DNA of 64,000 nucleotides from Candidatus Gastranaerophilales bacterium (GTDB lineage Bacteria; Cyanobacteriota; Vampirovibrionia; Gastranaerophilales; Gastranaerophilaceae): NCBI GenBank assembly GCA_944322975.1, contig CALUQS010000038.1, positions 190 to 64,189 of the forward strand, read 5' to 3'. Shown piece by piece: positions 63,591 to 64,000 of this stretch (position 1 is its first letter; each line of letters starts with the position of its first letter). The notes under the pieces were generated by a model. It saw only the letters and a program-made list of their open reading frames with translations, ran no database searches and was not told where the DNA came from. The position numbers and the translations under genes were made by a program.

Positions 63591-64000
63591 ATGAACAACG
63601 AAATTAAATGTCCGAAATGCGGAGAAATTTTTCAGGCAGATGAAACTCTTTATACTGCTATTGTAAAACAGGTTAGAAACAAAGAGTTTCAAAAAGATTT
63701 AAAAGACAAAGAAGCTCAATTTGAAAAAGATAAACAGAACCTGCTTTTATCTGCCAGACTTGAAATGGAGAAAACCTTTGACAGGGAAATAAATGCTAAT
63801 AAAGCTGAAATAATACAATTAAAATCAGAGATAAAATCCGCTCAAATAGCAAATCAGGCTGAGATTAACAAAATTATTTCAGAAAAAGACAGTGAAGTTA
63901 ATGAACTTAAATACAGGTTAGAATCTTTCAATAAAGACAAAGAGCGTGAAATTGCAAATATTGTGGTAGACATGAACAATAAACTTACTGCTCAGGAAAA
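63591..64000 (+). CDS. DUF2130-like coiled-coil protein, 5' part (runs off the right edge)
   Basis: ATG at 63591 after AAGGAAG. MNNEIKCPKCGEIFQADETLYTAIVKQVRNKEFQ, a zinc-ribbon-like start followed by a K/E-rich coiled coil, as in DUF2130 proteins. The frame is open to the window end. Confidence 0.6.
   Translation, partial: MNNEIKCPKCGEIFQADETLYTAIVKQVRNKEFQKDLKDKEAQFEKDKQNLLLSARLEMEKTFDREINANKAEIIQLKSEIKSAQIANQAEINKIISEKDSEVNELKYRLESFNKDKEREIANIVVDMNNKLTAQE

Noticed and set aside
1-64000. Looked for CRISPR arrays, IS elements or transposases, integrases, phage structural genes, rRNA genes and toxin-antitoxin pairs.
   Set aside because: I saw no regularly spaced short repeats, no DDE, tyrosine- or serine-recombinase motifs in any tracked ORF, and no rRNA-like conserved stretches. 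The only RHH gene has no partner.

Overview
AT-rich (about one-third G+C by eye) chromosomal window from a diderm-type bacterium. TolC-family, AsmA-like and MlaD-like genes are present. I cannot assign the lineage from sequence alone. Most of the window is densely packed housekeeping genes, mainly on the minus strand: rel/spoT, secG, ilvC, ribBA-ribE, nadB-nadC, etfBA, upp, rarA, family-4 UDG, RNase HIII, pgeF, cutA and glcD. There is one tRNA-Arg(CCU), a MarR-EmrA-EmrB plus TolC efflux locus, a histidine kinase / CheY-like / PilB-like operon and a NarL-type response regulator. No CRISPR array, transposase, integrase or prophage genes were seen. The stand-out region is 45.5-49.6 kb, with an outlier at 36.7 kb. 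It is a co-oriented cluster of lineage-specific paralogues with no signal peptide. They share a conserved N-terminal head (MGMAASQARYLG..) and a conserved C-terminal coiled-coil tail (..LDTEQ..VKKVI..FKTF). In the two large members these flank a hypervariable T/S/N/Y-rich core, which is a flagellin-like modular layout without recognisable flagellin sequence. Two of the cluster's transcription units are preceded by exact-spacing matches to the sigma-28 (FliA/SigD) promoter consensus, and a recurring AATTGTAA..TTACAATT palindrome lies just upstream. I propose this as a candidate undescribed filament or appendage (or cytoskeletal) system. Secondary oddities are: a tRNA-Arg followed by two ~120-bp repeats that each end in a copy of the tRNA 3' end; a PilB-like protein with degenerate ATPase motifs coupled to a two-component pair; a Cys-rich secreted mini-protein overlapping a small secreted protein; several pairs of lineage-specific paralogues; and candidate operator sites. 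All functional calls rest on by-eye motif recognition in the supplied translations. No database search was run.
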